Notes: generated by a model not told the origin, from the sequence alone. Positions 1 to 12,515 are shown, counted from the whole stretch's first letter. The stretch is DNA of 63,841 bases, filler included, from Choristocarpus tenellus KU-1152 (GCA_964200185.2; 7 parts of 7 records of this genome joined end to end with filler, not necessarily neighbours in it), one strand, 5' to 3'. Numbers and translations: made by a program.

Positions 1-21
1 CCCCCCCAGATACTTTGGGTC
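1..21 (+). mobile_element. MITE family A, terminal fragment at contig start
   Basis: cccccccagatactttgggtc matches the terminus of the full copies at 7198-7373 and 12936-13111. Confidence 0.75.
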
Positions 22-383
22 TCCAGCTACACTTGATACAACAACTCCTGACAGGAAAAAGTAGAAAATAGAAGTGTGTCTTGTCTCCTCTCCAGTCCAA
101 ACGATATAAACTATTATTATCATGTAGTGATATTTCCTGCTGGACAGATATGTTATGCCCCCCCCCCAAAAAAGTACACTATATGCATTACAATGACTAG
201 GAAAATAATGAAGCTGTTTCGGAGATCAAGGAAGGAAGAGGGTGGGACAACGAGCCATAGGAGGTTTTGCATAATCAGGATTCAAAGTTGATCACCATGT
301 TATTCATTTGAAGGAAAAGCCCTGCTACTCTCTTCTCCTTTTCCATCTCAACACTGCATGATGAAATAGAGGTGAAGTCTGAC

Positions 384-1833
384 CAGATGTGCTGGAGGCC
401 GGGCTTGGGCTGGAAGATTGCCCTGCGAAAGCAAACCTTGCTGCTTCAACAATTTGATTAAAAACGAGGGGGGACGGGAGGTGGGGGGGAGCACGGGTTT
501 AAGAGGCTTTGTGATCTTGCCAGGCGTTAGTTATGTTAAAGTAGTATTTTGGTTGTCTTGACGATATCAAATTTACATGAAATCTACAGTACAGTTTTCT
601 GTTAACACTCCTAGCACGATTTTGAACCAGCGTATACTAAATGTAGCAAGGGGTCCACAGGCTGAACCAGTCACACCGTTTTTTTATCGTTCTAAAGAAA
701 CCCCAGAAAAACTCGACATATTTCTTCGAAGTATATCAGAGCAGGTTTTGTGGAACCATTCATGATATCACAAAAATCTGAGGCCAAAAAGTTTCGACGC
801 TGAACAAGGGTAAGTTTGTAAGTCGGAGTACATGATAATCCGATGTAGTACCTCTAGCCCTAACCCTTCAAATGTACTGCATTACCCAAAGCTGTGGCAT
901 CACAAATTTGATTAACATACATACAAATTTGATTTACATGCAAATACAGATACATAGTTGATTTACATAATACATATGAACATCCATATCCATCATCGCC
1001 GCCGAAGACAATGTACCTTTTTCCGAAGTCCGATGCCCGGGTGACAGAGTCGCGTCCAAACCACTTGTGATACATCTACAAGACGTACAAGGGGGTTTGG
1101 ATCAGGCAGCCGAATGAGTGTGTTGATTTCTAAGATTGGAGATTGACAGAACAAGTCTTGCACGAGGAACACCACTGACCTATATTATCCTGCATATATA
1201 TTATGTTGCCCTATATTAATGTATATATATTACCTTGTACTATTCTGTATGCGTGTATATATTCCCCTATATTATTCTGCATGAATGAATATATATAGTA
1301 CCTTGTATTATTCTGCATGTATGTATATATATTATGTTGCCCAATATTATTCTGCATGAATGTATATATATATTGCGATAAGTCTCCCACACTGTCTTCC
1401 GATGCACCAACCGCATCAAGGTAGGCTTGGCGGCGCACGTCATAACCAGTACCACGGAGCGTGGTGAGAAAACCAGGACCCTAACCCTAACCGACAGCAA
1501 CTTCATAATATATTTTAAATATCTTGATTCACCATTATTTTTTTAAGACAATGTTCATATACCAACAATACTCCTGACTTTAGGTCACAAACGATTTGAA
1601 AAAACAATTCCTCTACTTTGAAATAAAGTGCTGTAATCACTAAAGCATCTATACACGGAACTGCACTTTCAGGTTACGTGGAAGAGAAAGATCAAGCGCG
1701 CGCATCCCCCCCCCCCTCCCACACACACCTTGAATGTGTAGCTTCCGTTGTAATCAGGACCTTCACTCGGGTTTACAAATTCGAATCCACGACCTGCTGG
1801 TCCTCCCCCTCTGATACCGTCGATGGTAACAAG
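384..1833 (-). CDS. Spliced gene fragment, possibly glycosyltransferase family 61-like; exons 1833-1729, 1075-1017, 440-384
   Basis: Three GT-AG-bounded exons join in frame to LVTIDGIRGGGPAGRGFEFVNPSEGPDYNGSYTFK-MYHKWFGRDSVTRASDFGK-SKVCFRRAIFQPKPGLQHI. The VCFRRAIF motif resembles GT61/EOGT-type proteins (recognition only). Confidence 0.4.
899..975. repeat. Degenerate ~24-bp tandem repeat (about 3 units)
   Basis: acaaatttgattaacatac / acaaatttgatttacatgc / acatagttgatttacat. Confidence 0.55.
1180..1375. repeat. Degenerate AT-rich intronic minisatellite
   Basis: Recurring tattattctgcatg..tatatata / tatgttgccc / taccttgta units. Confidence 0.7.
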
Positions 1834-2759
1834 CTGAGGAAGGTTGGGGTGTGTACAGGGAGACGGAGTGTAGATTAGGCAAGAGTTGTGGAACAACACT
1901 TACGTTTAGTTCCACCTCGAATGTAGCTGTGTATTTTTGGTGACTATGTTACCTTAGAGGTGACCTGAATGCAACATTCAGAGGAAAACATCAGCGGGAC
2001 AGGATAACTCATCGGGACGAGGACGTACCAACCACGGTACTTGAATGTAACCGATAGCGGAAACTAGAACCGACAAATAGGGTGGTTCATTTAGTGTCAT
2101 GGAGTCATCTGTGCAGTATCATACGACGTTTGATAGGGCTGTAACCCTAACCCTAGAGCATCACACAGTGAGAAAGATATCTGCAGGTCGAATTTCGTAA
2201 TGAGATTTTTGGGGGAACAAGAAAGGAAGGGACATTTTGCTGTAGGGTCGGAAAGGCCCAGACAGTACTAAAAGTGTAGAACAAAGAAATTTCCTAGTGG
2301 AAAACGCACCTGAAGAGCTTTCGGAACCGGTTCTTGGAACAGTATGTTGGTTGGAGGGTGAAGGCGAAAGTGAATTGGAGTACGGTTTATCCACTCAAAA
2401 GTCTTTTGAAGAGACTGAATGCCCTTACCTTTTACAAAAAAAAAACTTTCTACCTGATCGTTCTTCCGAAACATACATATTTTTTGTAAAGCTGCTTCGC
2501 TTTCTTAAAATCTTGTACCGTATATTTCTTCCTATTTCCGAAGGGGTCCGAGTGTGGCGGGAGTGAAGTTTTTGGACTCTTGAACAAAAAAATAACACTT
2601 CTTTTGTTCTTAAATTTATATATACTTCGGAAGATATTGCCACCTAATCCCACAATGGTGCCAACACCCCACATAGCTTGAGTCTTCTACTGCACCTGAC
2701 TCATATTCCTAAAGAGGAGGAATGCGGACACTTCACGAGGTTGAGTAGAAAGGAACAAG

Positions 2760-2796
<37 letters not shown>

Positions 2797-2821
2797 CCAC
2801 CCACCCTCCCCCCCCCCCCCC

Positions 2822-2921
2822 NNNNNNNNNNNNNNNNNNNNNNNNNNNNNNNNNNNNNNNNNNNNTTAATTAATTAANNNNNNNNNNNNNNNNNNNNNNN
2901 NNNNNNNNNNNNNNNNNNNNN
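2822..2921. other. Artificial contig linker (also at 9674-9773, 16169-16268, 24101-24200, 31082-31181, 59420-59519)
   Basis: Identical 100-nt N-run/TTAATTAATTAA/N-run structure six times. The 12-mer puts stops in all six frames. Confidence 0.97.
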
Positions 2922-2990
2922 CAAAAATCGTGACATGAAAAAATTGACCCCAAATGGACGGCCGCCACCCCCTCCCAGATACTTTGAGAC
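2922..2990 (-). mobile_element. MITE family A, terminal fragment at contig start
   Basis: aaattgaccccaaatggacggccgccaccccctcccagatactttga matches 13062-13108. Confidence 0.85.
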
Positions 2991-4069
2991 CAAGGTTGTT
3001 TATTTGTGGTTGCATTAATTTTTCTTTCGGTTCACTGAACCAAAATTCATGTAGTCTTTTTGGCATGATTTAATGGTCGCGTCCCATTTACTTGGTAGTA
3101 CCAACAATGTGAGTAGTAGGAAGGGGTGTGTACGATAATTGTTTCTATCTTTAATTGTCAACTGCACCCACTTCAAGCATTTTGTCCCAAAGATTACATA
3201 CGTATATATAAATTTAATTCCACTATTTAAAAAATAAAATAAAATAAAACAAAATACTGTCATTTTTAAAGAGTCCAGTATCTTGATCTCTTCCTCTCGG
3301 AAAGGTCAGTTAGTTGTTCCGTACCATCAGAATCGATTATGATCCAATACTCCTCTTCCTTCAGGAGTGAAAGAAACATGTTGGTTCACATATTTTTTCA
3401 GACTTCTTGTGGATATATATATATTGTTTATTTTCACAGGCTTAAAGACCTGTCAAAATCAAAATACCGGTTCAGTAACCCATTCCACTTTCCAAGAAAA
3501 AGAACGATTCAACATACTCAGTGAGCATAATGATTTCTACGAAAAAAAAGAAGTTGCACATAAGAAAAATATATATCTTAAGAAAGAAAAGAGTCTTGAA
3601 TCAAATTTGTAGCCCCACTTCATACCACAGGGTGGTTCATGTAAAGTTCTCTGCCATGAAAATCCACGATCTACTCATGGTCTCGAGATACGATTCACCA
3701 CTCCTCACATCACCGGGCAGCAAGCACTCTTCTAATTATGCCTTCCATCTGCAGCAGTCGGTCCCCAATGTGAACAATAAGAATAATAACAGTTGTCTTG
3801 AACTGTAAGAGATCCGCTGAATTTGAAGAAAATCACCACTACTGTAGCATCAGCAAACTAGTGCAAAACCAGCGCAATGGAAAAATAAAAATATTTTCCG
3901 GAGACTGTGGCATGTATGCGTGTGTTGGGGAAAAAATAAATGTGGGGAGTTCAACCGTAAATACAGTAGAAATAGATACAGGTAAGAGTACTAATACTAT
4001 ATACAGCTAGTTCTATGTGGTACCAACTAGCATGCTAGTACCAATATGTATGGCAATCTCATATTCCTG

Positions 4070-4822
4070 AGTACTTAAATGTACTTCTGCAGGTTTTATC
4101 TAGTACTTGGTAAACAGAGAACTGCTGGTATATCGAACAAGGAAGCTGAGATGACACACGCCCCCATAGGGCCAACACTACTTGAATTCAAAGTACTTAA
4201 CCCCAAGTCTTGATATTGAAATATGTAGATTAATTCCTTCTCAGCTACGTTGTAATAGGTAGAAAGTTGGAGTGAGATACACCATTCAAGATAGGGGGGT
4301 GATAATCCTTTTTCAGTCATCCCTGATCACTAATAACTCGTCAATCAAATCTGTGTTACTGGCTACAACATTCCTTCTTCAGGATTCTTCTTATGATACT
4401 ACAATAACCTGGATATTGTTCTCTCAATCACTCTACAGAAAGATTACTATCAACTATCCAGTTATCCAGCAGTTCTCCAACGACACTCTAATGATCTAAC
4501 TCATTGTTTCCTTAGTAAGTATTTTCCGACATTAATTTAAAGTATTATCTTAATAAAACCGGGATGCCACACCACCCCCCCCCATAATAGGACCAACACT
4601 ACTTGAATTAAAAGTACTTCTTGAGTAACTAGTACTTGGTAAACAGTGAACTGCTGGTAGTCAGAAGAAATAGCTCAGGATGACACACGCCCCATAACTA
4701 ACACTACTTGAACTAAAAGTACTTCCGCAGTTGCTAGTACTTGGTAAACAGTGTGCTGCTGGTATGCAGAAGAACAGGGAAACTGGAGTGACACAAGCCC
4801 CCCTAGGACCAACACCTCTTGC
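4070..4822. repeat. Diverged ~105-110 bp repeat, 3-4 units, interrupted by ~390 bp
   Basis: ctagtacttggtaaacag..ctgctggta..tgacacac/agcccc..ccaacactacttgaa..aaagtactt near 4100, 4629 and 4734. Confidence 0.75.
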
Positions 4823-5339
4823 AACACAAAAAAAATAGAACTAGAACTAGAAATACTACTCTGCTACGAAGGTAGTTCCAGTTGTCAGATCTTTTCCACC
4901 CAGTGTTGACCATGTTGCGACAGAATCCCGCTTTAGTCCCGTAACCAGGGAGATTGTTGACTCAGATTCCACAGGAGCACTTCAGCATCCATCTGACGTT
5001 GTTCTACTCAGCTCGTTTTCTGGAACCTGAGGTAGAGGAAGTAGGGAGCGTACTTTAGCTGCTACATAGTTGTACCAACATGTCTAAAAAATAAAACTCC
5101 TCTACCAACGGGCTTCCATCACGGGACCATGCAATCAAAGATACTGGGGATGGACACACATTGCTTTCTGCTGCTGTCGTAGAGGGAGTGGTAACACGGT
5201 TATGTATCGACTGTTAAAGATCAGAGGCCCTCCCTTCCATCAATAAAATAAGATATTCCACGAGATGGCACAGTACAATATAGGCTGGTAGTCTATAGGT
5301 TTCTTATGTGTTTCGTAGCCAGTAGCATGTAACAAAAAT

Positions 5340-5415
5340 GTTAGCTGAGTGGCTTAATTATCAATCACTTGCCTCTGAACAGGCAGAGTGATAGGTTCAA
5401 ATCTTGATGGGCCGG
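5340..5415 (+). other. Possible tRNA-derived SINE head / decayed Pol III promoter
   Basis: A-box-like tagctgagtgg (~5342) and B-box-like ggttcaaatct (~5394). No clean cloverleaf. Confidence 0.3.
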
Positions 5416-5430
5416 TTTCCCTTTGTTTAC

Positions 5431-8400
5431 TGTAAGTGGCTGACACAGGATGACTGACGCAGTGGACTGACACAGACACGTTCTGACATGTCTGCTGACA
5501 TGTGCAGTAGGTAACGAGGCAGGGCACCCCACCCCACCCATTGAGGGATAGTGCTCATTCCGCTAATTAATTCATCCATACCACACAGAGCAAACTCTAT
5601 TTGAACAGCTCTTTTTGCACAGGTTATGAGCCTCACAGGTATGGAAGCGGACCTACGTAAGCTGCCACTATGGACTGGCGCGCTGGGGCATACAAGGGAG
5701 AAGTCTGCCGAACGGGGGATGGCGCTGATGAGTTATGCGGACTGGAAGGGATTGTATCGCATCGTCCAACCAGCGTACCACATCCCTGCATCTGCTACGG
5801 CAGAAACATTGTTTGGGGACCGCAGTGTGTACAATGAGTACATCAAGCATTGCAAGGCCTTGTGGTTCCTGCTGGGCCAGGCCATGAGGGGGGCTGCGAC
5901 AATGGCGGTCAGCTCCCACGAAAACAACAGCAGCCCTGACGGGAGGGTAGCCTGACTCGAGCTGGAGCAGATATACGGGGGGAGCTCTGCGGTGCAGCGG
6001 CCCATGCAACTCATGGCTCTCGAGATGAAGCTGTGGGATATGTACTGCTCATCGGTGTAGGACGCTGCTGACTTCGTCATCCATCTCGATCACGTCTGGA
6101 CGCAGTATGCATGTTTGCACCCGAGTTGCACAGGAGGCTGATGGTCTTGGGCAGATCTTGAGATGAGGACAGGAGCACCACCTCAACCATCCTGTTGTAC
6201 ATGTCTTCCCCAACAGACATATTCATGGCCAGGAATGCCCGCGATGAGCCCTGGTGATCAGCCTTGTCACCGCCTCCACCGCCGCTGCTCAGGTCCCTGG
6301 CTGGCGGTGGTGGAACTTGCGCACCACCCCAAGCCCGTGGGGGCGCTTAGTCGGAGGTTTACTGGCCAGGTACAAGTGGCACTCCTTCCACCCGTGGTTG
6401 TGTTTGAGACAAAAAGCACATTGGTTGGCACCGAGGCCTCTCCCGGACCCCTTTTCCCCTGTTGGTGTCCCTGCACAGGTGTGGAGCACCCTAGCCCCCG
6501 AGCATGGTCAGGCAATGGTTAATGCTAGCTACGCCAACAAGCAGCAGCACTTCTCCCTCTCTGACTAGCGCAACATCATGGGTCACCTCAACCCATTCGT
6601 GATTAAGCACCTGGAGAAGCACGGCCTCCTGGACATTGCAGATGCCACAGTTGCCTCAGAGCTCCACTGCCAGGTATGCAAAGGGTGCAAGTCCGAAGCA
6701 CTCAGTTACGCACGGGGCGGCCACAGCCCCAAGACGGTTGGGGAGGTGGTGCTCACAGACCTGGAGGGACCCTTCGACCCGGACGTGATGGGTATGAAGT
6801 ACTTTCAGGTGTGTGCGAGGCCAGCCAGGAGAAGCGCGTGATGGGTCTGCGTACCAAGGACGCCACTATCGCATCCACCGACACCTACATTGATGAGTGG
6901 CTCGAGAAGGGGTGGTGGTGATGTGCATCAGCGGGGATGGCGCTGGCGAGTTCGGGAAGAGCGGAAGGTTCCATCACATGCTGACAGAGCGGGGCGTGAA
7001 ATGGCACAAGACCCCCCCGTGCACGCTCCAGAGCAATGGGATTGCTTAGCTAGTAATTAAAAGGGTGATGCAAGTGGTGCGCAGCCAGCTGATCCAGGAT
7101 GGACTGGGGGGGGAGCTCTGGTTCTTCGTGGTGGCAGACGCCACATATAAGACTACAGGCATGCTACATGAGTACCTGGGCGGCGAGACACCATTCAGGC
7201 TCAAAGTATCTAGGAGGGGGTAGCGGCTGTCCATTTGGGGTCAATTTTTTCATGTCTCTTTTTTGGGCGATTTGGTTGCATATGTCGGATGGATAATGTA
7301 AATACACTTTTCCTAATTTTGGTCAAATGGACACCCTGGTGTAGAACTCCCCACCCCCCAGATACTTTAGGTCTCAACTACAAGCGGCTCTGTGTGTTTG
7401 GGATGGAGTGCTTCATGCATCAGACCAAGCAACAGCACGGCGCCAATGTCAAATTCCACCCTTAGGCAAAGCGGGGGATCCTTGTCGGGCACAATAGGGC
7501 GTCACTGTGCTGGCACGTGTGGATCCCACAGGAAGGTAAGCTGGTGACCTCCGCGCAAGTGAGGTTTCAGCCTGAAGTTGAACTGCTGGAACTGGCGGGG
7601 AGCCGGAGATGGACATACTGGGGGAGTCGGAGCATGACGACGCCATGAACATCAATGGTGAAGGTGAAGAGGAGGCGTCCACAACAGGGGGCGAGGCACA
7701 CATGACTGGGCACGGGGGCGGGAGCATTGGGTGTGGGGCTCAAAATGCAAAGCACTCAGCACCCCACCAAAGTCAACAGATTTCTCCCGGGATGGGACAA
7801 TACCAGCGCATGGATAGGGCAGAGCAGATAGCAGCCAAGTGCCTGACCCCACACTCTGGACAGCAGGCATCTTCCCAGCTGGAGCAGCACCAGCGGGTGG
7901 ACTGCACATCCCAGCTATATGATCTGGAGGAGGGTGAAGACACCGACATGAACCACTTCGTGTTGACCCCCAAACAGCAGAACAAAAACAACAACGTGTA
8001 CTTCCTTCTGGGCCTCATGGAGGAGGTGGCAACAGGTGCAGACGTGCCGTGATATGACAGAAGGGGACGTTTGGCAACAAGGCCCTCCCCCAAGGGAGAA
8101 AGGCGATCAAGGCACGATTCGTCTTCAAAATCAAGTGCTTCGCGGACGGGACGATGGAATGCTATAAGTCGTGACCCATGGCCTGCAACTTCACCCAAAA
8201 CGCAGGTGTGGATTTCTTCAAAACCATCAGCCCAGTGGTGGGGTACGACATACTACGGGGCGTCATGTCCGTTGCAGTGTACAGAGGTTGGAGCACCAAC
8301 ACCGTGGACTTCACACAGGCCTACCTCAATGCAGACCTACAGGAGGACGTCTGGCTGGAGCTTCCGGACGGCCGCACTGTCAAGGCAGAGAAGGCAATCT

Positions 8401-8575
8401 ATGGGCTGAAGCAGTTAGCCATGGAGTGGTATCATGAGCTACGGGGTACCATCCTGGCAGAGGAGTGGACGAGCAGCCAACATGACGAGTGCCTCTACTC
8501 CAAGGAGAGTGAAGACGGGTGCATCGCCATCCTCACCACCTATGTGGATGACACTGCTACCACCGGGGACTTCAC
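5431..8575 (+). mobile_element. Degenerate Ty1/Copia LTR retrotransposon (copy A), truncated in RT, with internal inversion and nested MITE
   Basis: Putative LTR TG..CA at 5431-5621, then PBS-like ggttatgagcc (5622-5632). It continues with gag, pre-integrase GHLN..CQVC, integrase (TDLEGPF, DGAGEF, QSNGIA, GETPF..YKRLCVFG) and RT (TQNAGVDF, VDFTQAYLNA, KAIYGLKQ, YVDD). Many stops and frameshifts. Confidence 0.92.
7198..7373 (+). mobile_element. MITE family A, full copy, 176 bp, TSD TCA
   Basis: Imperfect TIRs ggctcaaagtatct..agatactttaggtc. tca flanks both sides (7195-7197, 7374-7376). Interrupts the Copia integrase between GETPF and YKRLCVFG. Confidence 0.92.
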
Positions 8576-8589
8576 GTCAGCAGACTTAA

Positions 8590-9226
8590 GGTTACCGGCC
8601 AGGTACGAGTGGCACTCCTTCCTCCTGTGGTTGTGTTTGAGACAAAAAGCTCATTGGTTGGCACTGAGGCCAATCCTGGACCCCTTTTCCCTGTTGGTGT
8701 CCCTGTACCGATGTGATCGAGATGGATGACGAAGTTGGCAGCATCCTCCACCGATGAGCAGTACATGTCCCACAGCTTCATCTTGAGAGCTATGAGCTGC
8801 ATGGGTTTTTGCACAGCAGCGCGCCCCCCATAGATCTGCTCCAGCTTGAGCCAGGCTACCCTCCCGTCGGGGCTGCTGTTGTTTTCGTGGGTGCTGACCA
8901 TCATTGCCGCAGCCCCCCTCATGGCCTGGTCCAGAAGGAACCACAAGGCCTCGTGATGCTTGACATACTCATTGTATGCGCTGCGGTCCCCAAACGATGT
9001 ATTTGCCGTAGGAGATGCAGGGATGTGGTACGCCGGTTGGAGGATGCAGTACAGTCCCTTCCCGCCTGCATAGCTCACAAGCGTCATCCACCATTCTGCC
9101 CACTTCTCCCTTGTATGTCCCCGCGCACCAGTCCATAGTGGAAGCTTATGTGGGTCTGCTTCCATACCCGTGAGGCTCATAACCTGTGCAAAAATTCGAA
9201 CAGCTCTTTTTGCACACCCACGACAA
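8590..9226 (-). mobile_element. Second Copia 5' fragment (copy B): PBS + internally deleted gag, inverted relative to copy A
   Basis: 8709-9184 is the reverse complement of ~5622-6095 (PBS at 9184-9174). 8590-8705 matches 6355-6475 (zinc-knuckle region). Confidence 0.9.
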
Positions 9227-9602
9227 GCAAAAAAAAAGCTCAGGGGTTGCCCCCCCCTCACATATGGATGTGTAATGTGAAAGGTAACACAACACTAAAA
9301 GACGACTTGAGTCCAGGAGGTGCGGATGCACCTAAAGCAACAACTATCACTGGCTATATTGCGTAACACCTCATTGTCACTGCAAAAAGTGGCAATACCA
9401 TTTTAGTTGTGATCAGGTGAGGATACGAAAAAACTAGGAAAAGAGGCATCATGCATAACTGTATCCTGACTTCCATAGCATCAATCTCACACCACCATTC
9501 CCCATCCACCCGCATACGAAAGGTATAGAGATCATTAACCCCCCTGCAACAATCCCTTTAGATCGCAATTCCATGACCTTGGGAGAAGCCCGGGTGGAGT
9601 CT

Positions 9603-9673
9603 ATGCAAAAGAGAGCTACTCAAGTAGAGTATTTTGCTTTGTGTGGTATGGATATCTTTATTAGCGGAGAGAT
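9603..9673 (-). mobile_element. Fragment related to the Copia copy A LTR end
   Basis: Reverse complement tccgctaata..atccataccacacaaagcaaa..ctct..agctcttttgca resembles 5559-5619. Confidence 0.6.
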
Positions 9674-9773
9674 NNNNNNNNNNNNNNNNNNNNNNNNNNN
9701 NNNNNNNNNNNNNNNNNTTAATTAATTAANNNNNNNNNNNNNNNNNNNNNNNNNNNNNNNNNNNNNNNNNNNN

Positions 9774-9839
9774 TGGGAAGCCAAGCCCCACAAATGAACA
9801 AACAGGGAAAAAATCGTACCCTCTAAGATAGTTTCACTC
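9774..9839 (+). mobile_element. MITE family B, terminal fragment at contig start
   Basis: gggaagccaagcccc..cgtaccctctaagatagtttcactc matches the ends of 45427-45684 and 60515-60773. Confidence 0.85.
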
Positions 9840-9915
9840 CAGGTCATCCGTAACGGCTTGGAGCCTCGAAAGTTCGGGCACGAGGGTGACGAGCGTCCGC
9901 CCCGCTTTCAGCACC

Positions 9916-10186
9916 AGTTCAAAAGTATCTTGGAGGGTAGAGCCGCGTCCGTTTGGGGGTCAAAATCCAATGTAGTGATCTTGAAGTAATTTGGCTATCA
10001 TGTTTGTTAGGAAGTGTCAATATCCTTATTTCTGGACATACGCGTGATACCTACTCCGAAATGCATACATTTTACTTACTACAAAACATTTCGGAAGAGG
10101 AAAATGTCATAAAAAAGACCCGTGGGAAGTCAAGTCCCAAACGGACAAACAGGGAAAAACTCGTACCCTCTCAGATACTTTCCCTC
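9916..10186 (+). mobile_element. MITE family B, full copy, probable TSD ACC
   Basis: TIRs aaagtatcttggagggtag / gtaccctctcagatactttccctc. acc at 9913-9915 and 10187-10189. Confidence 0.88.
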
Positions 10187-10759
10187 ACCACCCGCGAAAG
10201 CTCGCTATCTTGATCAGTGGACGGAGCTAGGACCGCATCCCCCGCGTCCGTAAATCTGGTACGAAATACAATCGAAGGGAGAGGGGATTATCAACACCTC
10301 TGTTCGAAAATGGAACAAGACGTGTTGCAGTTACCGATACGATCGAGCAAGTATCTGCAGAGGCGCGGTATCTTCATTTTAATGAAGTGGCTGCACAATA
10401 CATTGATACAACAACCCTTGCTATCATCTGCGACATCATTATGAAAAATGCAACGGGCAACCCCACGGCAACGAACGGCTTGATCTCAAACTTACTGTAG
10501 ACAAGACATTACGAGGATCCCTCTCCGTGTATACGACTTTGTGCATTACGTTTTTGCCTGAAAATTCATGCCGAGACTCCCGATTACAATAATACTAGAA
10601 AATACTTGACTCACATCAAACCTGCCGATGAAATACCGCTCAAGCAGCGCTTTTAAGTCGCTTGTGGTGTGGTGGTGCGTGTTGGAGTGATGTGAGGGGT
10701 GTGGGGCCTTTGGAGTCACATGATGTATTTACGCAGAGTTCCGCTGCCCCAACAGAAAA

Positions 10760-11190
10760 CACTACAGGTCAACGACCCTAACAGGTCGGATAAACATAGA
10801 GCTCAACGACCCTAACCGGTCCGATAAACGCGGCTCGATAAACGTGGAGATCAACCGTATATAGCAGGGTAGATATTCCGAAAGAGGCTCCAACTTGCAG
10901 GAAATGCATAACCCACAGGGAGGCTTGCGAGAAATATTCTGATATTTGTTCTGATTCTTGAAATCGGAACATACATGGCTGTTTTTCCAACGGGCACAGG
11001 TTAACCTCGGAAATCGGAACATACTTGTCTGTTGTGTTAACGGTGCACGGGGTGTACTTCGAAACACTCCAATTATTTTGACTGTTAGATATTCCGAAAA
11101 TGGCTCCAACGTGCTGGTTCCATAACGTACAGGGAAGCTTTTAAGAAATATTTAAAATTTTCGTTCTGGCTACGATTTCAAATAGGAACG
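10760..11190 (+). repeat. CACTA start followed by nested direct subterminal-type repeats
   Basis: cactacagg at 10760. tcaacgaccctaac..ataaac x2 (~10769, ~10803), agatattccgaaa..ggctccaac x2 (~10871, ~11086), gaaatcggaacatac x2 (~10960, ~11010) plus a diverged third. Confidence 0.6.
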
Positions 11191-12515
11191 TTTATGGTTT
11201 ATCAATGTTGAACGAATAAACTTTGAACTATTCCGACTCTATTTAAGTAGTAGTCTACTGTGAGAGTACGGTTCTTGCCTGGTAGTCTTTTACCTGTCGA
11301 GGAAAACCGGTGATTCAGTTCTAAAAACAATCACCCTACCTGAAAATCTGACGGATAGTTTTTTTTAATCGATTTCGAGAGTCATTGGCCTGCTTGATTG
11401 CGACGACCGAGCCTTTCACCTCACAAGTCGGAACAGCCGTCAAGACAGCCGATCAAAAATCAGGTGTTGTAGATATCCTCTACTGCGAGCGCTTCTTCAA
11501 GAAACAAGCGTTCGCCGTGACGGTTGTTAGCTGTCCACCTGCGGGTCGCACGAGTACCAAACGGTGAGTGTCCCCTCTCTGCTGTATGTACAGAGTTGTG
11601 CAGGCCGGCGTTGTGAGTAATCATCATAAGATTGCGCACAGGGCTGTTTATGGGTATGGAATGCATCACTGCAACCTGTCACCAGGTGGTTCAAACCTCG
11701 GTTGCCATGTCGTAAGACATCAACGAAACCTTGAGCTGTGTATGTGTACGCTACTTATGATGATACTTTTTGTGCTTCCTCTGGTGTGTGCCACAGACCA
11801 CAGACGGGATATTACACTGCTGTTGGCCGTGCATTCTCGCAATGTGGGGTCTGTTCTCGATGAGCTCTACAGCACCGGCCGGCCCTGCAATAAGCTATAC
11901 CCTACCACCCGACCACCCGAATACCTCGCCAGTATCTCCATTGCGCCATGTGACAGAACACAGTGACACCCGAGGTACTCAGGCTCTCAAGGTGAGTTCA
12001 AATACGTCTGTTTGGGTGTCTGTTGCACTGTCTATCACTGTCTATTTCTCACCCCTCCTGTGTTCGTGATGAGGAGATAGACGTGTGTCTGTTTGTTGTT
12101 GCACATTATCTCAGTGTGGGTGTGCGCTACCATGTGTATGTGTTGGTGTGTATGCGGAATGTGTGCGCGTGTGTGAGCGTCTCACTCTATTTTGTAATTG
12201 TCTATGTGCCTGTGTGTTGATGTTGGGGTGTTCGTTCATGCATTCTCTGCTGGCACGTGATATGTTATGTAGCGCTCACTGTCTTGTATGCTGTTGGCTG
12301 TTGTTCTACAGTACTAAAGAAGCAATGAAGGATTTTTTTTTTTACGCTAACAAAAACAAATACCGGCAGAAGGCGGCTTCGTTCGTTCGTTGTTCAACAC
12401 ACGTACGAAGCACTTCGTACATGTCTAACGATACAAACGATGTACAGCGGTAGACCTCTCTCAGCAGCAGTACAGTAGAGGTACCACACACACGTATGTT
12501 CAGCAAAAGTGCAGC

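Noticed and set aside
1479-1492. Telomere repeats (ccctaa)2, also near 2144, 28349, 47984 and 57417
   Set aside because: Only about two units each and interstitial; not a telomere.
2161-2680. Possible viral or foreign insert
   Set aside because: Only short ORFs with no recognisable hallmark motif.
2866-2877. Recurrent TTAATTAATTAA motif as a biological site
   Set aside because: Always centred in N runs; it is an assembly linker.
4070-4822. Repeat-spacer array
   Set aside because: Long diverged units with irregular spacing; looks like ordinary satellite or TE decay.
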